The notes: generated by a model from the sequence alone, not told the origin. A stretch of 62,557 nucleotides of DNA from an uncultured bacterium (GCA_965370365.1 CBDUSP010000001.1:1-62557); one strand, 5' to 3'; numbered from the stretch's first letter, positions 18,238 through 27,587 are shown. Made by a program: numbers and translations.

Positions 18238-18916
18238 CTCCTTGGATTAGTTGTAATAGGTCCTCAAGTCGGTTGATTCGAATAAAGTTTTGATCGTCAG
18301 TGTAGAGGTCTAATGAATCATAATGGATTACCTCTCCAAATCCAGCATTTTTAGCTCCAATCAACTCTGGAATCGTATCTCCAATAAACCAACACTGACC
18401 AGAGTTAATATTTAGCCTGTCCAAGCAAATCTCATAGATCTGTCGATCAGGCTTAGTGTGTCCAACAAAATGAGAATCAATAATCACTGAAAAAAATTGA
18501 CCAAGTCCATAGTGGAAAAGGTCTCGCTCAACACGACCATCTGCATTGCTAATAACTGCTAACAGGAGATCTTGTTTTTTGAGAGCAGTAAGAACGGTAG
18601 CTGCTTGCGAATGAACGTCGTTCCACCATCTTAGCTTATTTGTTTTATTTGCTTTTTGACACGCATTCCAACCTATCTCGGCCTCCTCTTTTTGGAGGCC
18701 TATGTGATTTCCCCAAGCCTCAACAAAGTTGGCTTTCGAAAAAATCTTTTCCTTATCTGCCACAAGTAAAGCATCTCTGCAGGTTTTTGGACTAAAGGAA
18801 CGTTTAAACAAAGAGGCTAAAATTTTTGCAATTATTGCGCCATTTGGAAAGATTAATACATTCCCTACATCAAAACAGATAGATTTAGGCTTTGTCAGTA
18901 ATTTTCCTTGAGTCAT
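18224..18916 (-). CDS. HAD-superfamily hydrolase
   Basis: ICFDVGNVLIF (motif I variant), VISNADG, FIGDTIPELIGAKNAGF. Confidence 0.7.
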   Translation of the reverse strand: MTQGKLLTKPKSICFDVGNVLIFPNGAIIAKILASLFKRSFSPKTCRDALLVADKEKIFSKANFVEAWGNHIGLQKEEAEIGWNACQKANKTNKLRWWNDVHSQAATVLTALKKQDLLLAVISNADGRVERDLFHYGLGQFFSVIIDSHFVGHTKPDRQIYEICLDRLNINSGQCWFIGDTIPELIGAKNAGFGEVIHYDSLDLYTDDQNFIRINRLEDLLQLIQGDASV

Positions 18917-19881
18917 ACAAGTTGTCCAGTCCTCTGAGTTGCGTTACTGTTTTTAAAGGGAACTTCAAAGAGCCAGCCTGGAGGCACTTTCTGGTTTTTA
19001 TCGCAGATTTCCAGATAACGATTGCGACACATTGTCGTAAGGGGGCCTGGTACCCCAGTATTTATTTTATAACCGTCAATTTCTATCACTGGCTGAATTT
19101 CAGATAATGTTCCACAGAAAAGAATTTCGTCAGCAGTGTAAAGTTCCGTTCGAGAGATTTCTCGTTCGACGACTTCTATACCGAATTCTATTCTTAAGAG
19201 ATAAATGGTATTCTCTCTTGAAATGCTTTGTAGAATGTCCGCATAAAGAGGAGGCGTGAAAGCAACCCCCTTATAAAAAATGAAAATTGCCGCACCAGAG
19301 CCTTCGGCTACAGTCCCTCGGTGATTTAACAAAATCACATCATCCAATCCTCTTTGCATTCCCTCAATACGAGGAAGCCGCAGGCTTAAATAAGAAGCCC
19401 CTGTTTTAATACGGGGAGAAAAAGAAAGATCAGTCGACCGTTGCCATGAACTTACGCAGCATCGGATACCAGAGAAAATAGAAGGAGAGTGACTCGATGG
19501 AAATGCAACAATATATGCCCCCATTTTGGTGTTTGCAGGATCAAAGCCATATCTTCCGGATTCAATGTAGATAGTTGGTCGTATATATATATGTTCTTGA
19601 TAATCAAGCTTTTGAATGAGTTCGATAATCCCCTGGATGATTTCTTTCATACTTAAAACCTCAGGAAATTTTAATAGCTGTGCGGACTGAAACAGCCTTT
19701 CCAAATGCTTTTCTAAGGATAGTAATGAATAACATTTTTTTTTAGGATCCCAAAAGCCTCGGATTCCATCAAATACGTTTGCCCCTCGAACGGCTAATTC
19801 TGACCAAATATGGACTTTCGCGTCTTGCCAAGGAATCACTGTCCCATTAAACCAGAGAAAATCAGGAATTTTTTCAGTCAT
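18913..19881 (-). CDS. PLP fold-type IV aminotransferase (branched-chain/D-amino-acid aminotransferase family)
   Basis: WFNGTVIPWQDAKVHIWSELAVRGANVFDGIRGF, ILLNHRGTVAEGSGAAIF, EREISRTELYTADEILFCGT. Confidence 0.8.
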   Translation of the reverse strand: MTEKIPDFLWFNGTVIPWQDAKVHIWSELAVRGANVFDGIRGFWDPKKKCYSLLSLEKHLERLFQSAQLLKFPEVLSMKEIIQGIIELIQKLDYQEHIYIRPTIYIESGRYGFDPANTKMGAYIVAFPSSHSPSIFSGIRCCVSSWQRSTDLSFSPRIKTGASYLSLRLPRIEGMQRGLDDVILLNHRGTVAEGSGAAIFIFYKGVAFTPPLYADILQSISRENTIYLLRIEFGIEVVEREISRTELYTADEILFCGTLSEIQPVIEIDGYKINTGVPGPLTTMCRNRYLEICDKNQKVPPGWLFEVPFKNSNATQRTGQLV

Positions 19882-21089
19882 GATAAAACCCCCACAGCCT
19901 TTGACTTTAAATCTATACAGTCATAATAGGCTTCGAGGGTTTCTCTTACGGCTCTTTGATTGTCAAAATGTGAACGAACCAACTGAAGCCCATTATTGGA
20001 TAAGTTGTCATAAAGAATAGGATTTTCGATCAACTGCACGATTGATTTCGCTAAGGCCATCGGACTACCAGAAGGAACAAGCAATCCATCCTGACCATGA
20101 GTAATGATTTCTTGAATCCCCGGAATATCGCTTGCTACAACCGGCTTTTTACAAGCAAGGCCCTCAATTACTGCTAACCCTAATCCTTCAGCAAAGCTAG
20201 GCTGAACAACTAAGTCAGCAGCAGCATAAAGCCCCGGCATCGCATCAAAGGAAAAGGTTTCGTTAATCGTTACGGAGTTAGTCAGATTGAGAGTTTTGAT
20301 TTTAGCATAAAGCAAGTCTGCATAAGCTCTCGATGCAGAGTTACAGCTTCCTACAATCAAGAGTTTTGCCTTAGGTTGAGTGTTTTGAACAAGCGGCATT
20401 GCACAAATCAATTCAAGCAGTCCTTTACGTTTTTTTAACCGGGCGGAGCAAACGATTAGGAAATCATCACTATTAACTCTCAAAGAATGACGCAAAACAG
20501 ATCCATCCTGTGGGAAAAATTTTTCAAGATTTATCCCATGATAGATTAGTTTTATCCTTTGACGTTCTATGCCAAATGACAAAGCTTTCCCTAAATAAAA
20601 TTGACTTCCTGCAATAAATAAATCGATAGATAAACGGGAAAAAACTAACTCGCATTTTCCAAAGCCAAAGGCTTCTTTTTCGGGTTCTTGTTCATGAAAT
20701 GTACAGACAATCGGGATATTTAGAGTAGAAGCGATCATCGAACCCAGAACTGCCGTATCTAAGCTGTTCGCATGCAGTAGATGAATCTCACGACTTTGTA
20801 GATGAACTTGTATTTCCCCTAAAAGAGAGAAGTACATTTGTTCCCATCGGACTTTTGTAGGATCGTCCAGATTAGACACATAATTTGCTATCCGAATCAC
20901 TTCCACACCAAATAAATGCTCTATTTTTGGAGAGTCTACACCTACTCCATCAGTGATTACCAACACATTGTGTCCCTCTCGGACAAGGCCTTCCGCCACA
21001 TTTCTAGCGTAGGTTTCGGCCCCTCCAATCTTAGGGTGATATGTTGGACTTAAGATGCAAATATTCAGTTTATTTTTAACAACTCCCAA
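19878..21089 (-). CDS. GT4-family (GT-B) glycosyltransferase
   Basis: N-terminal ILSPTYHPKIGGAETYARN and C-terminal EGLGLAVIEGLACKKPVVASD (EX7E region). Confidence 0.85.
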   Translation of the reverse strand: MGVVKNKLNICILSPTYHPKIGGAETYARNVAEGLVREGHNVLVITDGVGVDSPKIEHLFGVEVIRIANYVSNLDDPTKVRWEQMYFSLLGEIQVHLQSREIHLLHANSLDTAVLGSMIASTLNIPIVCTFHEQEPEKEAFGFGKCELVFSRLSIDLFIAGSQFYLGKALSFGIERQRIKLIYHGINLEKFFPQDGSVLRHSLRVNSDDFLIVCSARLKKRKGLLELICAMPLVQNTQPKAKLLIVGSCNSASRAYADLLYAKIKTLNLTNSVTINETFSFDAMPGLYAAADLVVQPSFAEGLGLAVIEGLACKKPVVASDIPGIQEIITHGQDGLLVPSGSPMALAKSIVQLIENPILYDNLSNNGLQLVRSHFDNQRAVRETLEAYYDCIDLKSKAVGVLS

Positions 21090-22056
21090 TTAGGTCTCCA
21101 ATAATAACTTTTTGGTTGCTAACATGAGATCTATTCAAAAGTACGGAAGATTGGATGTGTACGTTATCTCCAATAACAGAGTTTTCCCCTATCACCACAG
21201 GCCCTATAATTTTTCCATCTTTTCCAATTTTCGCTCCCCTGCCAATGAGAAGAGGGCCTGTCAATCTCGCCGTAGGATGAATCAAACAGTTTTCTCCAAT
21301 GTAAATACCTTCCACAGTCTTCTTTTCTGGAATGTGAAGTTTTACTTTTCCTGAGAGAGCGCATAGATTCGTTTCAAGAAGTGTTGCTACAGTTCCAATA
21401 TCAGACCAGTACGAAGAAATTTTATAACAATAGACATCTTCTCCCGCAGCAGTCATGCGAGGAATTAAATGTTGGCCATAATCAAAAAGTTGATTTCTGG
21501 GAAATGTTGCAATCAATTTCGGGTCAAGACAATAAATTCCACAGCTAACCAAGCCCTTAGCCTCCTTTGATAAAGGAGGCTTTTCTGTGAATGTAACCAC
21601 TCGATTGTATCTATCAATCTTAGCCACACCATAACGCCCCGGGTCCGAAACCTCTTGCATAACCACTGAAAGAGCAGCTTTGCTTTGTCGATGAGCAACA
21701 ATAAATTGATGCAAATCAAAGTCATGAATTCCATCTCCTGACAAGACGAGAACTTCATTCTCGGATTTCAAGGCATCTTCAAAAGCTAATAAAGCCCCCG
21801 CTGGGCCAGTTAAAACGGACTCAATATGCCAGGTGATGCGACCATCAAAACGACAGCTGTCCCTAAAATAATTTATGATTTGTTTCGATTCGTGAAAAAG
21901 ATTAATGAAAACTTCATCAATCCCTGCTCTTTTCACAGATCTCAAGATATGCTCAATAATTGGCTGATTTAAAACGGGTGCCAGGGGCTTTGGAATATTA
22001 CGAGTAAAAGGATGAAGCCGTTTCCCTATGCCCGCAGCTAAAATAACACATTTCAC
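21076..22056 (-). CDS. sugar-phosphate nucleotidyltransferase with C-terminal left-handed beta-helix
   Basis: MKCVILAAGIGKRLHPFTRNIPKPLAPV and hexapeptide repeats IGRGAKIGKDGKIIGPVVIGENSVIGDNVHI. Confidence 0.8.
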   Translation of the reverse strand: MKCVILAAGIGKRLHPFTRNIPKPLAPVLNQPIIEHILRSVKRAGIDEVFINLFHESKQIINYFRDSCRFDGRITWHIESVLTGPAGALLAFEDALKSENEVLVLSGDGIHDFDLHQFIVAHRQSKAALSVVMQEVSDPGRYGVAKIDRYNRVVTFTEKPPLSKEAKGLVSCGIYCLDPKLIATFPRNQLFDYGQHLIPRMTAAGEDVYCYKISSYWSDIGTVATLLETNLCALSGKVKLHIPEKKTVEGIYIGENCLIHPTARLTGPLLIGRGAKIGKDGKIIGPVVIGENSVIGDNVHIQSSVLLNRSHVSNQKVIIGDLIGSC

Positions 22057-23165
22057 TTTACAGTTAACCCCAAAGTATTCAGAGGAACATACGATATAAT
22101 GTCATTTATTTCCTCCTGATTTAAGCCAATCGATTCAAGATTTCCTATTTGACCTCTAATTGATGAGGTCCCAGCCGCAACAACCCCTTTTTTCTGGTAC
22201 CACAAAGTACTGTGCTCTTTCTTTTGTAGAGACTGTCCTCCCAGTTGATTTACATCAATGCGATCAGTCATTCCGATGATCACTTTTGATCCCAGTAGCC
22301 TAACGACATGTTTGCAAATTTCTAAATCGACATGTTCGTTATCAAAATTGAGGCAAATGGTTAAAAATCCTTCGTGGGCTGCACGCATAAGCACAGCAGG
22401 GACCTCTCCAAGGTTTTTAGCAAGGTTATCCATTGTCCATTTTTCTGGTCTTTGTTGGGCCATCTCAGCTTTGCGATTCAAACGAGCCTCCGGTGTTCTC
22501 CAAGCATGACGAAACTGAAGAGGCATATCATTGAATAAATGATCTGTAATTATTCGATGAGAAGGTTTTGGACCAAAGTTTTTTGCAACATCAATGACTT
22601 CCTGAGCTGCTTTTGCACTAGCTTCTGGCGATGCTTTATGAAAATGGCCTAATGCAGGTCTAATCCCTGCTTCTAAAAGCGTGTTTACAATCCAAAGAAG
22701 ACTTGGATGCTCTGGAGTCATCCTTTCCATCAAATAGGACCCCTTTAGCAGCGCATCAGGGGAAAGTACTGTGTACAGGAGACCCAGATTTCCGCATCGA
22801 GCAAGCTTTTCCCATTCTTTTTTTGTAGGAGCCCATGACCCTTGTTCTGGGGTCCCCCCAAAGCTTGCAAGAAGAGGGCCCTCGAGAGAAATTCCTAGAA
22901 TATGCGATAATTGGCCATTCGATCGAGCCTTTGCATATTTTTGCATCAAGACACAGAAAGCATCTAATTTGCTGAATGCAAGAAAAATAGATGGGACGCA
23001 GTACACATGTTCCTCTCTCGCCAACTCATTTACTAATTCAAGATTTAAATTATCGATATCACTGAAGTCGTAGTTTCCAATCCCGTGACAGTGAAACTCG
23101 ACAGGAAGGGCCTGCGCTATTGTTTTTCTTAGAGGTCTAGACTCACTGGCAAAACTCATGAACAT
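22053..23165 (-). CDS. amidohydrolase-superfamily protein, N-acetylglucosamine-6-phosphate deacetylase (NagA)-like
   Basis: FHCHGIGNYDF (HxH-like metal site), GISLEGPLLA (compare GxHLEGPF) and ITDHLFNDM (compare THLFNAM). Confidence 0.6.
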   Translation of the reverse strand: MFMSFASESRPLRKTIAQALPVEFHCHGIGNYDFSDIDNLNLELVNELAREEHVYCVPSIFLAFSKLDAFCVLMQKYAKARSNGQLSHILGISLEGPLLASFGGTPEQGSWAPTKKEWEKLARCGNLGLLYTVLSPDALLKGSYLMERMTPEHPSLLWIVNTLLEAGIRPALGHFHKASPEASAKAAQEVIDVAKNFGPKPSHRIITDHLFNDMPLQFRHAWRTPEARLNRKAEMAQQRPEKWTMDNLAKNLGEVPAVLMRAAHEGFLTICLNFDNEHVDLEICKHVVRLLGSKVIIGMTDRIDVNQLGGQSLQKKEHSTLWYQKKGVVAAGTSSIRGQIGNLESIGLNQEEINDIISYVPLNTLGLTVK

Positions 23166-23237
23166 CCTTTAATTTAGATGAAAGAAGAACAGTTGGGATC
23201 GATTGTGTTGGTAAAAGTTTTTTAAGTCAAATTTTTT

Positions 23238-25049
23238 TTAGACCATTAATTTGTCCTGAGGAGACTTTGGAGTTTTGGGCAAGAAACCTTTGGATTGCAT
23301 ATGCCACATCTGTGCATAATGACCTTGATTTGCTAGCAAGTTAGCATGAGAACCTTCTTCGATAATTTCCCCATCGCTAAAAACAAGCAACCTGTCCATC
23401 TTTCCAAGGGTTGATAAACGATGGGCAATCACAATAGTTGTACGAATTGCCTCTAGAGATTCAAAGCTCTCTTGAACGTACGTTTCAGTTACTGAGTCGA
23501 GAGCTGAAGTAGCCTCATCTAAGATGAGAATGGGTGTATTTGCTAAGATCGCGCGAGCAATTGCAATCCTTTGCCGTTCTCCTCCAGAGAGCTTAGTTCC
23601 CCGTTCTCCGACAAGAGTATCATATTTATTGGGGAATTTGTTAATAAACTCATCGCAATGTGCTAAACGGGAGGCCCTCAATATTTCTTCCTCAGAAGCA
23701 GTAGATTTCCCGCATCGAATATTTTCTCTTAACGAGCGATGAAATAAAATGGGGTCTTGGGGAATTAAAGCAATCTGTTCTCGAAGAGACTCCAGCGTAA
23801 TTTTAGATATGTCCTGACCGTCAATGAGAATCCGTCCTTTAGATGGAGGGAAAAAGCGAAGAATGAGATTCACAAAAGTTGACTTTCCCGCACCAGAATA
23901 CCCTACCAGCCCTACTTTTTCTCCCTTGCGAATTTGAATACATTTGTTTCGAAATAGTTTTCTCTCTCCGTATTGAAAAGTGACATTTTCAAAAACTATT
24001 TCCCCAGAATCTATGCGCAAGTGCAGAGCTCCAGGGAGGTCAAGAATATCTTTCGGATCTTGCATAAGAATTAAAGCTTGCCTTGCCGTTCCTATTGATT
24101 GAAACAGTACTGGAATTGCTGCGCCAGCAATCCAAAGAAATGTAATGATATTCCAAGTAGTGTTAAAAACCTGCGCTACTTCTCCCGTTGTAATTAAACC
24201 GCGCGTCCAGGAGTAAAGCATAAATCCATTAATTCCTAACCCGCCACCAAAAAAAATCCCCAGTCCTAGGAAAAACCGAATCATTTCGACATATTTCTTG
24301 GATTGTTGGTTTTTCAAAGTTTCTGCTTCCTGGAACCTCCCGATATAGGCTCGTTCATTTAGAAAACGGTACAATAAATTCACGGCAAAATTATTCGTAA
24401 GACTATCAACAATCTTCCCAAGTAGAGTACTCCTTGCTTCACTATGAATATTCTCATATTTATCACAATTTTTAGTGAATGACATACAAATAGCAAAATG
24501 AACAAAAATCCATGCAAATAGAATTACCCCGAAAAGAGGGTTTATTCGAGACAGGAAAAAAACGGCCAAAATGCAAGCGACAAGTGCAGGAATAAACGCA
24601 GTCAACAGCTGTTGAAAGATTTGCGATACTTGCGTTGTCATATCCGTAATTTTATTTGCCAAGCTTCCCGAAAACCTTTCGTTAAAATATTTAGGAGAAT
24701 GCTGCTGCACGTGATCAAACATTGCCATACGAATGTCCGCCTCAAGCTTAGGCATAGCACGCGCAAGTAAAAGCCCCTGCAAGCGAAAAGCGGCCTCTAC
24801 TCCAACCCACAGACAAAGTCCTGCCCCTACAATAATCCTCAATGCAGGCCAAACAGCTTCTCTTTGAGAATCGTACTGCGTAAGGGTGTCAATCAGAATG
24901 CGAAGCAGATAAGGCCATAAGGTTGTGTCGAGCGACCAAACAAAAGGGACAAGAAAGATAAGAAGAAATGTTATTTTTTGTCGGCAAATAAATTGCCAAA
25001 TAAACGTAAAGAGACTGAGGGAAATTTCTGAAGGGGCTATTTTTGACAT
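23238..25049 (-). CDS. ABC exporter, fused permease/ATPase (MsbA/type I exporter-like)
   Basis: Six predicted N-terminal TM helices, Walker A GYSGAGKST, signature LSGGERQRIAIARA, Walker B ILILDEATSALD. Confidence 0.9.
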   Translation of the reverse strand: MSKIAPSEISLSLFTFIWQFICRQKITFLLIFLVPFVWSLDTTLWPYLLRILIDTLTQYDSQREAVWPALRIIVGAGLCLWVGVEAAFRLQGLLLARAMPKLEADIRMAMFDHVQQHSPKYFNERFSGSLANKITDMTTQVSQIFQQLLTAFIPALVACILAVFFLSRINPLFGVILFAWIFVHFAICMSFTKNCDKYENIHSEARSTLLGKIVDSLTNNFAVNLLYRFLNERAYIGRFQEAETLKNQQSKKYVEMIRFFLGLGIFFGGGLGINGFMLYSWTRGLITTGEVAQVFNTTWNIITFLWIAGAAIPVLFQSIGTARQALILMQDPKDILDLPGALHLRIDSGEIVFENVTFQYGERKLFRNKCIQIRKGEKVGLVGYSGAGKSTFVNLILRFFPPSKGRILIDGQDISKITLESLREQIALIPQDPILFHRSLRENIRCGKSTASEEEILRASRLAHCDEFINKFPNKYDTLVGERGTKLSGGERQRIAIARAILANTPILILDEATSALDSVTETYVQESFESLEAIRTTIVIAHRLSTLGKMDRLLVFSDGEIIEEGSHANLLANQGHYAQMWHMQSKGFLPKTPKSPQDKLMV

Positions 25050-25446
25050 GATTTATGAAATACCTTTTTCGGAATATACTCCCTCCGATTGTTCGCGACT
25101 CACCGAATATGGAGATATTAGGCCCGTATGTACAATTGTGTCACTTATCTGAAGGTCTTTTTTACTGTCGAAAGAGAAGAGGTATTTAACAACAACAGTT
25201 CTGATTTTCACTAAGGAATCTGAGAGTAAAGGACAGCAAAATACCTCAAGACAATCGTACCCATCCGTTGATTTTTGATTCGTCGCAGTATAGTGAGCGC
25301 AACCCAAACCACCAGAAAACATAAAAACCCCTAAGTTCCACAACGAAAAATATTTTCTTCCTGTTCCCTTTTTTGGTCAATAAAAATTTTGCCTGTGTAA
25401 GAGCAAAGTTAAAATGTCCTCTTCAAAAGAGAGGAGAGGAGAGGCG

Positions 25447-26194
25447 ATGGAAACGGAGCTAAAGATGACAGTAAGAGAGGCAGATAGATACGCTCTCATG
25501 AGGGGATAGGGTCTCAAAAAAACAACTATAAATAGAAGCGTCCCAAGCGATGGGGATTTCATACAGACAGGCACGTCGGTTATGGTATTGTTACCAAAGA
25601 GAAGGCCCCAAGGGACTGGTCCCCAAAAACAAGGGTAAGCCAAGCAATAATCAACTTTCTCAAGGAGTCAAAGAAAAGGCTATAGCATTGGTTAGAACGA
25701 ACTACGCTAACTATGGACCCACCCTTGTAGCAGAGAAGTTAGATGATTACTTTGCTACCCTCAAGGGGTATCTTTTGAGTCACGGAAGGCCGAAAGCCTT
25801 CTATAGCGACAAACATAGTATTTTCCGGGTGAATATGAAGGGTTGTGAAGGGAAAAAGACAACTTTTCATAGGGCCATAAAAGAGCTCGATATCGAGCTA
25901 ATCTGTGCACATAGTCCCCAAGCCAAAGGAAGGGTCGAAAGGACGAATGGGGTTCTCCAAGATCGTCTGATTAAAGAACTGAGAGAGAAAAAGATCGGCA
26001 CAATGGAAGAAAGGAATGCCTCCCTAGAGAAATTTCGACAAAGGTATAATAAGCAATTTGGGAAAGAGGCAGCAGACCCCAAAGACGGGCACCGGAAACT
26101 TCTTGAGAGTCATAACCTAGATAAAATTCTATTGGAGAAAAATAAAAGAATGATAGCAAAAGATCTCTCTAAAGATTGGCTTTATCCCTTTTAG
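25447..26194 (+). pseudogene. decayed DDE (rve-type) transposase, IS1202/ISNCY- or IS481-like
   Basis: The N-terminal part METELKMTVREADRYALMRG ends at a stop, and there is an in-frame TAA at 25529. The HTH region is GISYRQARRLWYCYQREGPKGLV. Only the distal catalytic region survives (FYSDKHSIF ... SPQAKGRVERTNG); the first catalytic Asp region is missing. Confidence 0.7.
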
Positions 26195-26291
26195 GAGAAG
26201 TGCTATAACCCAAACTCATGATGAAATATAGACTTCCCCGCGTTGCTTTCGATCCCTTGTTAAACAAGCTGGTATCTCGTGAAGAGCGCAA
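26161..26291 (+). repeat. right copy of the ~131-bp direct repeat (native 5' end of the SET-domain gene)
   Basis: Matches 9554..9684. Continues into the intact SET-domain CDS. Confidence 0.8.
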
Positions 26292-26913
26292 ACAACAAGC
26301 CGCCTCGAAGATGGGCAAAAAAGCTCTTCAGGAACTCTCTGATATCTGCAAGGCTGTGAAAAAGACAGGTCTTCCTGAGCACTTGGTTTGCAAAAATCTA
26401 TCCAAGCACCTCGGATCTGGGATTTTTTTGCATCCAAAGGCCAAGCCTTTGAAAAAAGGCCAAATTATTGGCCCCTATTCGGGTGTGCTTAATGTAGCGC
26501 CGCAAAATGCTCCGGGAGACTCTTCTTATGTATTTTCCCTGATGTGCGATATGCATCTCAAAAAAGAAGAGCAAAAGATCCTTGATAAAAAGGCAAGCTA
26601 CAGACCAAATCGACTCTACGCTATAGATATTGAGGCTGAAAATACGGGCAACTTTATCCGCTTTGTCAATCACTCTGACAAACCAAATGTCGAAGCAGAA
26701 CTGTTTAGCGTCCCGAAAAACACACTTGGGCTTACCCCCTCCCCTATTGAGGTCTTCTATGTGGCAAAAAAGACGATTCATCCAGGAGAGCAGCTTCTGA
26801 TCTGTTATGAGGCAGGTGACAACTCCTATTGGACGAATTTAGATATTGAGCCCACACCGATGATACCAAAAACCTTTAAGCTATCTAGCGATCTTCGGGT
26901 TACCAAAGACTGA
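26218..26913 (+). CDS. SET-domain protein lysine methyltransferase (eukaryote-like)
   Basis: GNFIRFVNHSDKPNVEA (NHSxxPN motif) and GEQLLICY (GEELxxxY-type motif); ~230 aa. Confidence 0.85.
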   Translation: MMKYRLPRVAFDPLLNKLVSREERKQQAASKMGKKALQELSDICKAVKKTGLPEHLVCKNLSKHLGSGIFLHPKAKPLKKGQIIGPYSGVLNVAPQNAPGDSSYVFSLMCDMHLKKEEQKILDKKASYRPNRLYAIDIEAENTGNFIRFVNHSDKPNVEAELFSVPKNTLGLTPSPIEVFYVAKKTIHPGEQLLICYEAGDNSYWTNLDIEPTPMIPKTFKLSSDLRVTKD

Positions 26914-27266
26914 GTCCTTCATCCCCTGTTTCATCGAGCTTAGGTTCTGTACAAAGACGTACGAAGTATTTAAAGTAGTTTTTTTTCTCTTTAGAGATAT
27001 TCTCTCCCGACAAAACAATCACTTACACAAAAAAGTGCTTTATGATTTCACAACGTCCTGATTCCCCCCAGGTCGCCAAGCCTTACAAGCTAGACTCGAA
27101 CAGGTTACTTCTGAAGCAACGAACTGTTTCAACGCCGGCAATAAAATCTCGGGCAATCAAGCTTTTTCTTTCCACCGGCAAGAACTCTTGAGTTTGTGAT
27201 TCGGATTCCTGTCTTGTTCAGAAAATCAAATGTAACTCGCTTAAATAGAAATGGTTAGTGTAGATC

Positions 27267-27317
27267 TACTCCAATACTCTCTTACTCATTTACTCCAATA
27301 CTCCATTATGTTACAAT
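27267..27317 (+). promoter_or_regulatory. candidate relBE promoter/operator: two 13-bp direct repeats and a -10-like TACAAT
   Basis: tactccaatactc at 27267..27279 and 27291..27303 (24-bp spacing). tacaat at 27312..27317, 22 nt before the ATG at 27339. Confidence 0.35.
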
Positions 27318-27338
27318 AAAGAGAAAAGGCTCATTGCT

Positions 27339-27587
27339 ATGAAGAACACAGTCAGACTAAATTTTGAATTCCCTAGATCAGAATACCCCTATTTGAAACT
27401 AATGTGTGCGGACAGAGGGTTGAGTTTTAGGGAGTTAGCTACAGATCTTCTTCTGAAGACCATTGAAGATTATGAGGATAGAAAACTATCCAAAAAAGCC
27501 CGGAAGCGTTTGAAAGAACTAGATTCTAAAGAGAACATCCCTTTTGACAAGGCTTCAAAGGAAGCCGGATGGGAAGAGCGTGGCTAG
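27339..27587 (+). CDS. type II antitoxin (ribbon-helix-helix, RelB/ParD-like)
   Basis: 82-aa acidic/basic protein overlapping the downstream RelE-family toxin by 8 nt. N-terminal beta-strand/helix pattern VRLNFEFPRSEYPYLKLMCADRGLSFRELA. Confidence 0.7.
   Translation: MKNTVRLNFEFPRSEYPYLKLMCADRGLSFRELATDLLLKTIEDYEDRKLSKKARKRLKELDSKENIPFDKASKEAGWEERG

Larger units (their letters stand above)
9685..26160 (-). mobile_element. putative genomic island: glycoconjugate biosynthesis operon plus decayed transposase, bounded by direct repeats
   Basis: Direct repeats at 9554..9684 and 26161..26291, a transposase pseudogene at the right edge, and 16 co-directional genes between them. Confidence 0.5.

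Noticed and set aside
25053-25643. 96-aa and 88-aa minus-strand ORFs between the ABC exporter gene and the transposase relic.
   Set aside because: No motifs. The second is antisense to the transposase HTH region. This stretch is more likely promoter and spacer DNA.
27052-27201. 49-codon ORF (MISQRPDSPQVAKPYKLDSNRLL...) downstream of the SET gene.
   Set aside because: No Shine-Dalgarno, no motif, and below any reasonable confidence. It may be a remnant of something, but that is unsupported.
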